From NCBI GenBank assembly GCA_963696385.1, contig CAVOKF010000001.1, forward strand, positions 224,001 to 288,000: a DNA stretch of 64,000 bases, read 5' to 3'. The stretch comes from an uncultured delta proteobacterium. GTDB lineage: Bacteria; Myxococcota_A; Polyangia; Polyangiales; Polyangiaceae. Position numbers and translations under genes: made by a program. Positions within the stretch are counted from its first letter, which is position 1. Each line of letters opens with the position of its first letter. This document shows positions 49,616-59,632 of the stretch, in pieces. The notes below the pieces were generated by a model that saw nothing but the letters and a program-made list of their open reading frames with translations, made no database searches and was not told the DNA's origin.

Positions 49616-50707
49616 ATGCAAACGTCGGATGAGTCCCGGGCCCCCGCCGAGGGCCCGCTCGCGAGCCGCGGTCCCCGGGAGCCCGTCGCGACGCCTTGGC
49701 GGCACCGATTCACTCGCGTGGAAGGCGTTGACCTGCACTGGGTCGAGTTGGGTGAGCCGACGGGCAAGCCCCCGCTCGTGCTCTTGCACGGGTTGAACGA
49801 TTGCTACCTCACATGGCGTACCCTCGCTCCGCTTCTTGCGACAGACCGGCTCGTTCTCGTCCCGGACCTTCCCGGGCATGGCCTCTCCGGGCGGCCCGAT
49901 GCGAGCTACGAGCTGCGATGGTACGCGCACGTCATGGCTCGATGGTTCGAAGCCCTCGCTCTCGACGGCGTCGATGTCGTCGGGCACTCCTTCGGGGGTG
50001 GAGTCGCGCAGGTTCTGTTGCTCGAATGCCCCGGGCGCGTTCGCCGGTTGGCGCTCGTTTCGTCGGGCGGGCTCGGTCGCGAGATCGCGCCGACACTCCG
50101 CCTCGCCGCGATCCCTTTCGTGGTCGAGCGTCTCGGTCAGCCGTTCATGGGTCCGGGCACGCGACTGGCGCTCAAGGCGACGGGCGACGTGCTCTCGAAC
50201 GAAGAGATCCGGGCGCTCGGCGCCATGAATGCGCAGCGCGGTTCGGCGCGCGCGTTCGCACGGACCGTGCGCGACATCATCGATTGGCGCGGGCAGCGGC
50301 ACACGTTCTTCGAACATGCCACGGAACTGTCGCATCTGCCGGCGATTGCGGTCCTCTGGGGGGATCGTGACTCCGTCATCCCGCCCGCGCATGCCCGGGC
50401 GCTGGCCGGAGCCGTGGAAGGGGTTCGCGTGGTTCTGTTCGACGGATGCGGGCACTACCCCCACCACGAACAACCCGAGCGGTTCATGCTCGAGCTGCGC
50501 GACTTTCTCGACGATCCTGCCGCCCCCAAAGCCCGCTTGCGCGAAGCGCGCGGCGAGCAGCGGCGGAGCCGTCTGTCCACGTGGCTCGCGCCGCCGCGTC
50601 GCCCTCACCTCTGGCAGAAAGGCGCCTACCGCTCCCCCCTCGGGCGATCGACCCGTGGCGCTGCCAGCGGGACGAATCGGCCGAGCGAGGCGTCGAGCGT
50701 CGCCTGA
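49616..50707 (+). CDS. Alpha/beta-fold hydrolase
   Basis: LLHG, DLPGHGLS, GHSFGG, WGDRD, GHYPH. Confidence 0.92.
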   Translation: MQTSDESRAPAEGPLASRGPREPVATPWRHRFTRVEGVDLHWVELGEPTGKPPLVLLHGLNDCYLTWRTLAPLLATDRLVLVPDLPGHGLSGRPDASYELRWYAHVMARWFEALALDGVDVVGHSFGGGVAQVLLLECPGRVRRLALVSSGGLGREIAPTLRLAAIPFVVERLGQPFMGPGTRLALKATGDVLSNEEIRALGAMNAQRGSARAFARTVRDIIDWRGQRHTFFEHATELSHLPAIAVLWGDRDSVIPPAHARALAGAVEGVRVVLFDGCGHYPHHEQPERFMLELRDFLDDPAAPKARLREARGEQRRSRLSTWLAPPRRPHLWQKGAYRSPLGRSTRGAASGTNRPSEASSVA

Positions 50708-50986
50708 CGTCGCCGGCTCGAGACGTCACCGGCCCGAGCGAGCCGGCTACGACCGTCGGCGGCAATCGGCGGCGTCCCCGCTCGTCTCGTAGGTCTCCAC
50801 GCTGCCGCTGTTGGCCAGCGCCTCTCTGACAGCAACCGCCCGTCGGGGCATACGGGGTGGCTTGCGAACTGCGATCCGCAGGATGCAAGCATCGTCGTTC
50901 GTTTTCCGAACTCCACCCGTTGCGGTAACGTCACGCGATCCACGGCGTGAAAGATCCGCGCCCTGCGAGGAGGATCGAGAAGGACG

Positions 50987-53341
50987 ATGAAGTCGACGAC
51001 GCTTGCGGCCGCTCGTGTGGCCATGGCGCTCGCCGTGATCGGCGTGACCGGATGTTCCGAATCGTGCTCGTGCCGGGGCAGAGACCGTACGGCGATCGGT
51101 TCGGCCTCTAAGTCGACGGCCGATTCGACCGGGGCGTTCGGCGAGCGGCTCCCCGGAGCGCCGCCCATCGACGCGGAGCTTGCGAGAAAGCTCGAGGCGA
51201 AGTGGAACGCGCGGCCGCCGGAGTACAAGCCGCGCACGCGCCATCTGCAGAAGGACGGGTCGCCGAAGTACACGAACCGCCTCTTCTTGCAGTCGAGCCC
51301 GTACTTGCTGCAGCACGCCCACAATCCGGTCGATTGGTACGCGTGGGGCGACGAGGCCTTCCAGGCGGCGCAGAGGCTCCATCGCCCCGTCTTTCTCAGT
51401 GTGGGCTACTCGACCTGCCACTGGTGTCACGTGATGGAGGAGGATTCGTTCGAGGACGAAGACATCGCTCGGTACCTCAACGAGAACTTCATCGCGATCA
51501 AAGTCGACCGCGAGGAGCGCCCGGACGTCGATGCTCTGTACATGCAAGCCGTTCAAGAGCTTTCCGGCAAGGGCGGCTGGCCGATGAGCGTGTGGCTTAC
51601 GCCCGACCGAAAACCCTTCTACGGCGGGACGTTTTACCCCGCGCGAGCGTTCTCCGGTTTGCTTCAAAAGGTCGTCGGATTCTATCGCGAAAACCCCGGC
51701 CGAGTCGTCCAGGGCGCGAGCCGCCTCACCGACAAGATCCGCCGGAGCCTCGAGTCTCCGGATCCCGGGGGCGGTCTTGCGCCCGAGTCGGTGCTCGGCA
51801 CCGCGGTCGCCCAGGTTCGGACCGACTTCGATTCGACCGACGGCGGGATGAAGCGCGGGCCGAAATTCCCCAGCACGATGCCCATCCGGCTTCTCTTGCA
51901 CCACTACCGACGCACGGGAGACGCGCAGTCTCTGAAAATGGCCGTCCTGACGCTCGAGAAGATGGCGGCCGGAGGGATTCACGATCAGGTCGGCGGCGGT
52001 TTTCATCGGTACTCGACCGATGCGCATTGGCTCGTGCCGCACTTCGAGAAGATGCTCTACGACAACGCGCTTCTCGCCATGGACTACTTGGCCGGCTACC
52101 AGGTGACCGGTCGGAAGGACTTCTCCGCCGTGGCGCGCGACATCCTGCGATACGTGCAGCGCGACATGACCTCGCCCGAGGGCGCGTTCTACTCGGCCAC
52201 CGACGCGGACAGTCGGGGTCCCGACGGACGTCGCGAGGAGGGGTGGTTTTTCACCTTCACACCCCGGGAAATGTCCGCTGCGCTGGGCGAAGATCGGGGG
52301 CGCATCGCCGCCGCCTACTACGGCGTAACGGAGGCCGGAAACTTCCACGGGCGCACGGTCCTCCACACGGCGTCATCGGCAGAGGACGTCGCGAAGAGTC
52401 TCGACGTTCCGGTCGACCGAGTCACCTCGGTCGTAGACGAGTCACGGGACCTGATTTACGCGGCACGCGCAAAGCGTCCGCGCCCCGATCGAGACGAAAA
52501 GATCCTGGCGGCATGGAACGGTCTGATGATCTCGGCCTACGCGCAGGCGTCGCTCGTGCTGGGCGACGCGCAGTACGCGGCGAACGCGACCCGCGCAGCC
52601 GCGTTCGTCCTGACCCAAATGCGCAAGGATGGCAGGCTCCTCCGTAGCTTCGAGGACGGAGCGGCGCACGGCGACGCGTATTTGGACGACTACGCATTTT
52701 TCATCGCAGGTCTGCTGGATCTCTTCGAGGCGACCGGAGATCCCCGCTGGTTCAAGGAGGCCCTCGGCCTCGATGCGGTTCTCGCGCAGCATTACGAGGA
52801 TCCGCGCAAGGGCGGCTTCTTTCTCACGAGTGACGACCATCCGAAGCTTCTCGTGCGCGAGAAACCAGCGCTCGACGGGGCCGAGCCCTCGGGAAACTCC
52901 ATCGAGGCACTGAATCTGCTCCGCTTCAGGGAGTTTACGTTTCCGGATCGACGCTTCGAACCGCGCGCCGACCGCACGCTCGGCGCGTTCAAGGAAACGT
53001 TGGTCAGCAATCCGCTCGCGCTGTCGGAGATGCTCCTCGCGGTCGACTTCCGATACGATTCTCCGAAGGAGATCGTCATCGTCACGCCGAAGGCGCGTGC
53101 CGAAGCCGCACCGTTTCTCGAGCGGCTGGGCAGGACATTTCTCCCCAACCGGGTGCTTTCGGTCGTGACCGACGGAGCGGATCAAACCGAAGAGGGCGAT
53201 CTCCTACCCGCCATTCGCGCCAAAGTGGCCCTCAAGGGCGCTGCGACGGCGTACGTTTGCGAGAACCAAACGTGCGACCTGCCCACGACCGACCCAGACG
53301 TCTTCAGTCAGCAGATCCGTAAGGTGCGTGTCATCCGGTAA
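50987..53341 (+). CDS. YyaL/SSP411 thioredoxin-domain protein with a lipoprotein-like signal
   Basis: [48 protein letters not shown]. Confidence 0.93.
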   Translation: MKSTTLAAARVAMALAVIGVTGCSESCSCRGRDRTAIGSASKSTADSTGAFGERLPGAPPIDAELARKLEAKWNARPPEYKPRTRHLQKDGSPKYTNRLFLQSSPYLLQHAHNPVDWYAWGDEAFQAAQRLHRPVFLSVGYSTCHWCHVMEEDSFEDEDIARYLNENFIAIKVDREERPDVDALYMQAVQELSGKGGWPMSVWLTPDRKPFYGGTFYPARAFSGLLQKVVGFYRENPGRVVQGASRLTDKIRRSLESPDPGGGLAPESVLGTAVAQVRTDFDSTDGGMKRGPKFPSTMPIRLLLHHYRRTGDAQSLKMAVLTLEKMAAGGIHDQVGGGFHRYSTDAHWLVPHFEKMLYDNALLAMDYLAGYQVTGRKDFSAVARDILRYVQRDMTSPEGAFYSATDADSRGPDGRREEGWFFTFTPREMSAALGEDRGRIAAAYYGVTEAGNFHGRTVLHTASSAEDVAKSLDVPVDRVTSVVDESRDLIYAARAKRPRPDRDEKILAAWNGLMISAYAQASLVLGDAQYAANATRAAAFVLTQMRKDGRLLRSFEDGAAHGDAYLDDYAFFIAGLLDLFEATGDPRWFKEALGLDAVLAQHYEDPRKGGFFLTSDDHPKLLVREKPALDGAEPSGNSIEALNLLRFREFTFPDRRFEPRADRTLGAFKETLVSNPLALSEMLLAVDFRYDSPKEIVIVTPKARAEAAPFLERLGRTFLPNRVLSVVTDGADQTEEGDLLPAIRAKVALKGAATAYVCENQTCDLPTTDPDVFSQQIRKVRVIR

Positions 53342-53372
53342 GTCCACCGCCCGAGAACAACGGGATCAGCCG

Positions 53373-53702
53373 TCAAACCACCGCGTCCTTGATCGCTTTG
53401 ACGGGCCGCGCCTTCACGCCCTTGCTCGCGGGCTTGGCCGCAAACTTCTGCTTCTCTTTCGTAAAGGGATTGATTCCCTCCCGCGCAGGGCGCGCGGGCT
53501 TTTTGACCACGACGAACTTGGCGAATCCCGGCAGCACGAAGACACCGTTTTTCTTCAGTTCCCGATGACCCACTTCGACGAGCGTCTCGACGACTTGAGC
53601 CACTTGTTTTCGGGAAAGCCCATCGCCGATGGTCTCGGTGACTTCTTGGAGGACCGCGCTCTTCGAGAGGGGTTTCTTCTTCGCCGCCGTCGTCTTTGCC
53701 AT
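53373..53702 (-). CDS. HU-family DNA-binding protein
   Basis: AAGGAG RBS; FVLPGFAKF..KPARPAREGINPFT..AKPA..P.KA.KD. Confidence 0.92.
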   Translation of the reverse strand: MAKTTAAKKKPLSKSAVLQEVTETIGDGLSRKQVAQVVETLVEVGHRELKKNGVFVLPGFAKFVVVKKPARPAREGINPFTKEKQKFAAKPASKGVKARPVKAIKDAVV

Positions 53703-53920
53703 GTTGCCAGTCTCCTTCATCGCAAAGAAAAGCGCCATGAGTGGTGCTTGGTCAAGACAAACGCCACGGACGGAAGCATTCCTTCGACTTCGGTTCGCTC
53801 GGCCGCGGCCCGTTTGGTTCTCGAGAGGCCGGTTCTTGCGCGCGGCAGTGCGAGCCCGTCCTGGCCGTCTGGATCGACGGATGCGGCACCGGAAAAACGG
53901 GAAGGGCGGGCACGCTTGCC

Positions 53921-53936
53921 CGGCACGACAATTGCT
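53921..53936 (+). promoter_or_regulatory. Sigma-54 promoter (near consensus)
   Basis: CGGCACG-ACAA-TTGCT. Confidence 0.75.
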
Positions 53937-53969
53937 TTATGGAACGACGGCCAACGAATGGAGGCCCCT

Positions 53970-54827
53970 TTGAAGTGCAAAACACCGAAATCCATCGCTC
54001 TGTTGCTTTGGACAGTCACGATGGCATGCGGCGCGGGGGGGTGTAGCCCGCCCGCGTCACCGTATCCGAACGTCACGAGCTTCTGCACTGCGAAGGCGCA
54101 GGCCGAATGCCAGGTGGCGCTCGTGTGCGCCATCGATCCGGCGGCTTGCGCCGAGTACCGTGCGGGCGTTTGCGAGCAGGACGCGGCCAACGCCATCGCA
54201 TCCGGCGTTCGCGTGTACGATTCGGCGAACGTGCCGGCATGCCTTGCCGTCTTGAATGCCGCCTACGGAAATGAGAGTAGCAAAATCCTATTTGATCAGC
54301 TGTTTGGCAGTGGGTCGATTACCGATCAGTGCGAACGCGTCTTCTCGGGCGGGCTGGTCAAGGACGATTCGTGCGAGAGCGACTACGATTGCTCGCAAGG
54401 CCTCATCTGCAGCCCGACGTCGCCGGGCTCGGCGACGAGCATCTGCGCTCCCGCCACCAACTTGACTGCCGGGGCGTATTGCCAAGATCCGGGATCGGTG
54501 TGTCCCACGGACACGTACTGCTCGAACACCGGCGCAGTCTACGAATGCCAAGCCTCGGCGGAGGCCGGCGCCCCGTGCAGTTCAGCGCCGCCGTGCGTCA
54601 GCACCGAGCGGTGCATCGACGGCGTCTGTACGGCGCGAGCCTCGGTCGGCCAACCGTGCGCGACCAACGACGATTGCGCTCCCGAAGCTCCCTATTGCGA
54701 CCCCAATGCCGGAAATATTTGCACGATCGGGCTTACCTTTGCGGTCGGTTCGTCCGACTGCAAGGCGTATCTTCCGGGGGGGCCGGGTGCGGCCTCGGTC
54801 GGTGGCTCCGACGCTTCCGGGGACTGA
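53970..54827 (+). CDS. Cys-rich lipoprotein
   Basis: GGAGG then TTG; AGGC lipobox; repeated G..C...C modules. Confidence 0.75.
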   Translation: MKCKTPKSIALLLWTVTMACGAGGCSPPASPYPNVTSFCTAKAQAECQVALVCAIDPAACAEYRAGVCEQDAANAIASGVRVYDSANVPACLAVLNAAYGNESSKILFDQLFGSGSITDQCERVFSGGLVKDDSCESDYDCSQGLICSPTSPGSATSICAPATNLTAGAYCQDPGSVCPTDTYCSNTGAVYECQASAEAGAPCSSAPPCVSTERCIDGVCTARASVGQPCATNDDCAPEAPYCDPNAGNICTIGLTFAVGSSDCKAYLPGGPGAASVGGSDASGD

Positions 54828-54945
54828 CCGAACGAGGGCGGTGGCGACCGGCCACGCGGGACGGATTCCTTCCGGCACGCCGCCGCGGCACGCCAAAGCC
54901 CACCGTCGGCGGCTGCGGTTCCGGCAAGCCTTCGTCCGGCTCGGA

Positions 54946-56295
54946 TCAGGCGCGTTGCCTCGATGCGCCGCGACGGCGGCGGCCGAGGAGCAGCCCGGCG
55001 AGGCCAGCGGCAACGAGCTCCGAGCCGTTCGCGCGCACCGAGGTCCCCGATGCGCTGCACCCCTTGCTTGATGGCCCGGCCTTCGGGACCTGGGCTGTGC
55101 CGGCGTCGGAGTCCCCACTGAGCACGCACGTGCCTTGATCGCAGGTGTAGCCCGTGTCGCACGGATTGGCGGCGTCGTCGCAAGCTTCGCACGTGAAGTG
55201 GACGCCGTCGTGCGACAGACAGTTCTCGGAACAGCACTCACCATCGGCGCCGCAGGCCGCGGCGTTCGATAGACACGACGAGGAGATTGGGGCTCCCGAT
55301 TCGCCGGTCTGACCCGCTCCGGCATCGAAGGTCGCGGCCCACGCGGGCGTCGCGTATCCGCCGAGCTGCGCCGCTTGCACGGCCGTTTGCAGGATCAACG
55401 GTCCCCACGCGTCGAAGCGTGTGTAGATGGGATCGATGCATGTGGAGCCGTCGGCGTCGTTCGATCCGCGCGATAGGACTCCAAAGCTAAGCGGCACCCC
55501 TGCGTTGAAATTCGTTTGTTCGAAGGCACCCGAGCCCGAATCGCCGTCGCATGTCCCCCCGCTCGCCACGAATTCGTTGGGCGAGAGGAAGTCGGCCGAC
55601 GCATCCGATAGGCAGCTCGGAAGAGTCGAGTCGTTGGAAAGGCAAACGACGTCGAGGTCTTGAACGATGCGTCGCGTGCCGGCCGTTTCACTCGTGGTGT
55701 CGGCGGGAGTGGTGACGCCGTATCCAATCGCGGTAAATTTCGTCGAATAAACGCCGTCGGTCATGGGAGGACTGATGACCGGCGTCACGTATTGGGGTGC
55801 TGAAATCGGTTGGGAGAGAATCAAGAGCGCCAGGTCGTTTCCGCAGAATGTGGACTGGCCGACGCCGGACGGCACGACGATCTTCTGGACCGAAGACCAC
55901 TGGGCGTCGGGGTCCACGATGCTCGTGTCGCTCGTGACGTCGATGGATTCGGGCGCGACGGTCGTGCCGAAAGCCGTGACGTCGCACGCGACGGGCTGCG
56001 GAGTGGCTGGCGCGACGCAATGGCGAGCCGTAGCGACCAGGTTCGGCGCGAGAAGCGACCCCGTGCAAATGGCGATTTCCCCGGGCTGCGCTTGCGCCTC
56101 GACGACCGCGACGACGAACGTATCCGTCGTGTCGGTCGTACCGCCCTGGATCGGCAACGCTTCGGAAGCCGTGACTTCCGGATCCGGATGGGGCCCGCTG
56201 CACGCACAGACCGTCGCCAGGGCGAACACGAGCGCACCGGCGCTCAGCCGGACGATTCCACGTTTGCGACGGCTCGACGGAGTCGGAGGAGGCAT
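54946..56295 (-). CDS. Trypsin-like (S1) serine protease with a Cys-rich domain and MYXO-CTERM-like tail
   Basis: CTGSLLAPNLVATARHC, DLALL, CDGDSGS; tail GCSA..LAGLLLGRRRR. Confidence 0.9.
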   Translation of the reverse strand: MPPPTPSSRRKRGIVRLSAGALVFALATVCACSGPHPDPEVTASEALPIQGGTTDTTDTFVVAVVEAQAQPGEIAICTGSLLAPNLVATARHCVAPATPQPVACDVTAFGTTVAPESIDVTSDTSIVDPDAQWSSVQKIVVPSGVGQSTFCGNDLALLILSQPISAPQYVTPVISPPMTDGVYSTKFTAIGYGVTTPADTTSETAGTRRIVQDLDVVCLSNDSTLPSCLSDASADFLSPNEFVASGGTCDGDSGSGAFEQTNFNAGVPLSFGVLSRGSNDADGSTCIDPIYTRFDAWGPLILQTAVQAAQLGGYATPAWAATFDAGAGQTGESGAPISSSCLSNAAACGADGECCSENCLSHDGVHFTCEACDDAANPCDTGYTCDQGTCVLSGDSDAGTAQVPKAGPSSKGCSASGTSVRANGSELVAAGLAGLLLGRRRRGASRQRA

Positions 56296-56706
56296 CCCCG
56301 GACTAGGGGTCCATTCCGCAAGTCGCGCGAATAAATAAGCGCAATGGTTCTTGCGGGATGGGCGTGCCGTGCGGTCGATGAATTCGCAATGCCTTACAGA
56401 CTTACGGGAGGCCGGTGTTCGAGGCAAGAGGCCCGGAGGGCGGTTCCGGCGGTAAAGGCAGTTCTTGCTGTAAACGTTCAATGAGCATTGAATCGTTTCG
56501 CATCGCCGGCGTCGGGCCGAGTGGCCCGGAGACCGTTTCCCAGCTTAGCCAAATCTTTCGGGTCGAGTTCGTTCGAATCGACACGCGAAGTCGCGCCTCC
56601 GCGAGAGGGCTCCGGCCCCGCCGCGTTCGTTCGGGAGAAGAACGGTCGCCGAAGGCGGTGGTTGCCACGTGACGGACGCCGCGATCCGCTATGAGCTGTC
56701 GCCCCG

Positions 56707-57990
56707 ATGCTCCCTGCGTTGTCGCCCTTCCTGCAAGCCGTTCCCGCGGCCGTTGTTGCCGAACCTCCTCTCGACGTGCGCGAACCCCCCTTCGGCGAGT
56801 TCGACTTCAGCTGGATGAACGGCAGCAACCCTCAGCCGCCCTCCCTTCTAGGCATGGGTCCGCTCACCTGGTCGCTTTACGTCGACACGTACTTTGCGTG
56901 GGACTTCAATCGTCCTGTCGACCACACGATCTTCCCTACGACCGTCGCACCTCGCCACGATGAGATCTCCCTGAACCTCGCCCACATTGGGATCGACGTG
57001 ACCGGTCTCGACGGACCGACTGGCCGTCTTTACCTCCAGTACGGATCCATGGTCGAGACCATCGCGGGACAGGACACGACGACGACGCGCGGCTTCTTTC
57101 TAACCAATCGCCTGATGCAAATCGTGCAGCAAGCGGCGGCTGGATGGCATTTTCACGCTCTGCACGGCGTGAACGTCGAGCTCGGCATCTTCCCGTCCTA
57201 CCTCGGCCTCGAGAGCTATCTGCCGGAGGAGAACTGGGCCTATACGCACGCATTCGTGGCGGACGCCACGCCGTACTACTTTTTCGGATTTCGCGGCCAA
57301 ATCTTCACCTCCGCGCGTATGAAAGTCGAGCTTTGGGTCGTCAACGGTTGGCAGACGTTCGGAGAATGGCACGAAGGCCGGGCGGGCGGTTATCTGTGGA
57401 ACTGGCGCCCCCACGACTGGTTTTCGATCGTCAACTCGCTCTACCTCGGCCAGGAGGCTGAGGGCGATCCGGATTCACTCCGGACCTATTCGGACAACAA
57501 CGTCCAGTTGCGTTACTACCACGATAAAACGAACCCCATCTTGCGTTCGCTCGCGTTCTCGCTCGTTGCGGACCTGGGCTACGAGCATCGCGGCAACGCC
57601 CCCTCCGGGGCCATGGGCGGCATTTCTCTGTCGCATCGCTGGGAGTGGACCGAGCGGTGGAAGAGCACGCTGCGCGCGGACTACTTCTACGACAAGACCC
57701 AGGCTATTTCGCCGAAGTTCCCGGTCGGCTCGGTGTACCCGTGGAAGGGCACCGACCCGTTCGCGGCCGCTGGACTGTCGACGACGCTCGACTACTGGCC
57801 GAGCCCCTGGCTGGTGACACGCCTCGAGGCTTCGCATCGCCTCGCGAATCAGCCGCTATTTAGCGGACCAGGGGGGATTACGGGGCCTGGCGGGCAGCTG
57901 CCGGTCAACGCGGCGGCGGCGGCGACGTTCACACCCGACTTGCGGCGGACCGATAATCGGATTCTGTTCAACGTCACGCTGAGGCTTTGA
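56707..57990 (+). CDS. Outer-membrane beta-barrel porin (BBP2/DUF1597-like)
   Basis: DFSWMNG, YVDTYFAWDFNRP, GIFPSYLGLESY, DATPYYF.G, VNGWQ. Confidence 0.8.
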   Translation: MLPALSPFLQAVPAAVVAEPPLDVREPPFGEFDFSWMNGSNPQPPSLLGMGPLTWSLYVDTYFAWDFNRPVDHTIFPTTVAPRHDEISLNLAHIGIDVTGLDGPTGRLYLQYGSMVETIAGQDTTTTRGFFLTNRLMQIVQQAAAGWHFHALHGVNVELGIFPSYLGLESYLPEENWAYTHAFVADATPYYFFGFRGQIFTSARMKVELWVVNGWQTFGEWHEGRAGGYLWNWRPHDWFSIVNSLYLGQEAEGDPDSLRTYSDNNVQLRYYHDKTNPILRSLAFSLVADLGYEHRGNAPSGAMGGISLSHRWEWTERWKSTLRADYFYDKTQAISPKFPVGSVYPWKGTDPFAAAGLSTTLDYWPSPWLVTRLEASHRLANQPLFSGPGGITGPGGQLPVNAAAAATFTPDLRRTDNRILFNVTLRL

Positions 57991-58192
57991 GACCGTCTTT
58001 CGGTGTTCGCCTCCAGGTGCCTACCGCGAGCGCCCGTTCTTGCGATCGCGTTCGGCACGGGATAGCGGCCCCGTAGCGAATGGTGGCCCGGCAAGGACCT
58101 CCTAGGGCCCCGGCAAAGGCGGGCCGAAGGCCGGCGCTCGAGCCTGGAGGTGATTGTCGCGCGCGGACGAAGTGCTAGATACGGCTCGACCC

Positions 58193-58837
58193 ATGAGGCG
58201 GGCAACGGTCGGGTGCGGTTGCGCGGCTGTCCTGGCATGGGCGTCGATCGCGCAGGCCGTCGATGTGGATGGCAGCGCGGCGGGCTGGCTGGGCGCGTTT
58301 CATCCCGAAGCGGCCGCTCGGATAACGTACGGCCCGCTCAGCAGCATGGCCTCGGCGTTCCCCTTGGCGGGCGGCGGCATCGGCGCCCGCGTCGGACTGT
58401 CGTATCTCGGCCTGTACGGTGGCCTGTCGTACACGGACTACTTTTCGGAGGGGAGCTGCCTCGACAGTACCGGCCTTAGCTGTGGGTCCACGCACGGGCG
58501 CTCCTTCGGTCTCGAAGGCGGCTACAGTCGTACTTTTTTTCGGATGTGGATGGTCCGCGCGCAATTCGGCATCGGCGATTACCTGATGACGAGCGAAAGC
58601 ACGAGCATGGCGGCGTGCCCTGACGTCGCATGTTCGACAACCATGACGATATCGTCGCAGTCTTCGACGAATAGTATTTACTTTCAACCCGAAATTCTGT
58701 TTGCGCTGACGCTGGGGCCCGTACTCCTGGGTCCCGACGCGAGTCTCTTTTATATACCCAGCCCCGCCATTTGGGACGGTACGGGACGGCCCTTCGTGGC
58801 GTGCATGATGGGCCTGCAATTGGGCATCCGGCTGTAG
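58193..58837 (+). CDS. Small outer-membrane beta-barrel-like protein
   Basis: Signal peptide ending AQA; GIGARVG strands; terminal LQLGIRL. Alternative TTG start at 58154. Confidence 0.65.
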   Translation: MRRATVGCGCAAVLAWASIAQAVDVDGSAAGWLGAFHPEAAARITYGPLSSMASAFPLAGGGIGARVGLSYLGLYGGLSYTDYFSEGSCLDSTGLSCGSTHGRSFGLEGGYSRTFFRMWMVRAQFGIGDYLMTSESTSMAACPDVACSTTMTISSQSSTNSIYFQPEILFALTLGPVLLGPDASLFYIPSPAIWDGTGRPFVACMMGLQLGIRL

Positions 58838-58940
58838 GGGCGTGAGCGAGAGGGAAGGGGTCTCGAGAAGTCGCAAGATGGGCGCGTCTCGGTCCGCGGG
58901 GGCCGGGCCCCACCCTCCCCCTCGCGCAGTCCCCGCGCCA

Positions 58941-59537
58941 TCAGTGCGGCAATGGCTGCGAGCGACCGAGCACTGCAAAGTCCCGTCCGTCCCAGCGGAT
59001 GTGGCACACCTCGCCGTTCGCGACCGGCGGGGGCAACGTCCCGGTCGCGGCGTGCACGAACGCGCGAATGGCTCCACCATGCGCCACGACAATTGCCGCG
59101 GCGCCCTCGTGGGCAACCCGCTCGGCGACCTCGGCGAGGGCGGTCGTCATCCGGGCGGCGACGCGCGCCGTATCTTCGGCGTCCGGCGGCGGCCGCCGCT
59201 CGGTGACCCAGAGGCGCCAGGCTTCGGCATGCCGCTCTTCGCACTCTTCTCGCGTGAGCCCTTCGAAGCATCCAAACGATCGCTCCCGCAGCGCCGGATC
59301 GACGTACGCGAGCGGCACGCCCAGGGCCTCGGCGACGACACGCGCCGTCTCGCTCGCCCGTGCGAGATCGCTCGCGACGACGCCCGCCACCGCCACCCCT
59401 CGCAGCGCTCCCGCGATGGCCAGCGCCTGAGCACGCCCTGCCGCGTTGAGCGCCACGTCGGTTTGACCTTGCCACCGGCGCGCCGCGTTCCAATCTGTCT
59501 CGCCATGGCGCGCGAGGTAAATCAGTCGGTTCGGCAT
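58941..59537 (-). CDS. Histidine phosphatase (phosphoglycerate mutase family)
   Basis: RHGETDWN, SDLARA, LRERSFG, VAHGG. Confidence 0.93.
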   Translation of the reverse strand: MPNRLIYLARHGETDWNAARRWQGQTDVALNAAGRAQALAIAGALRGVAVAGVVASDLARASETARVVAEALGVPLAYVDPALRERSFGCFEGLTREECEERHAEAWRLWVTERRPPPDAEDTARVAARMTTALAEVAERVAHEGAAAIVVAHGGAIRAFVHAATGTLPPPVANGEVCHIRWDGRDFAVLGRSQPLPH

Positions 59538-59632
59538 CGTTCACCTACGGTGTGTGCGCCGCGCGGACGCTAGCATCCGTGTCTCTCCGATCGAGCGGGA
59601 GCTCGCGCCGGCTCTTGCGATTGGCCGTCCGC

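Noticed and set aside
53328..53969. Long N-terminal extension of the 499-aa ORF
   Set aside because: It overlaps HU in antisense. The sigma-54 promoter and RBS point to a start at 53970.
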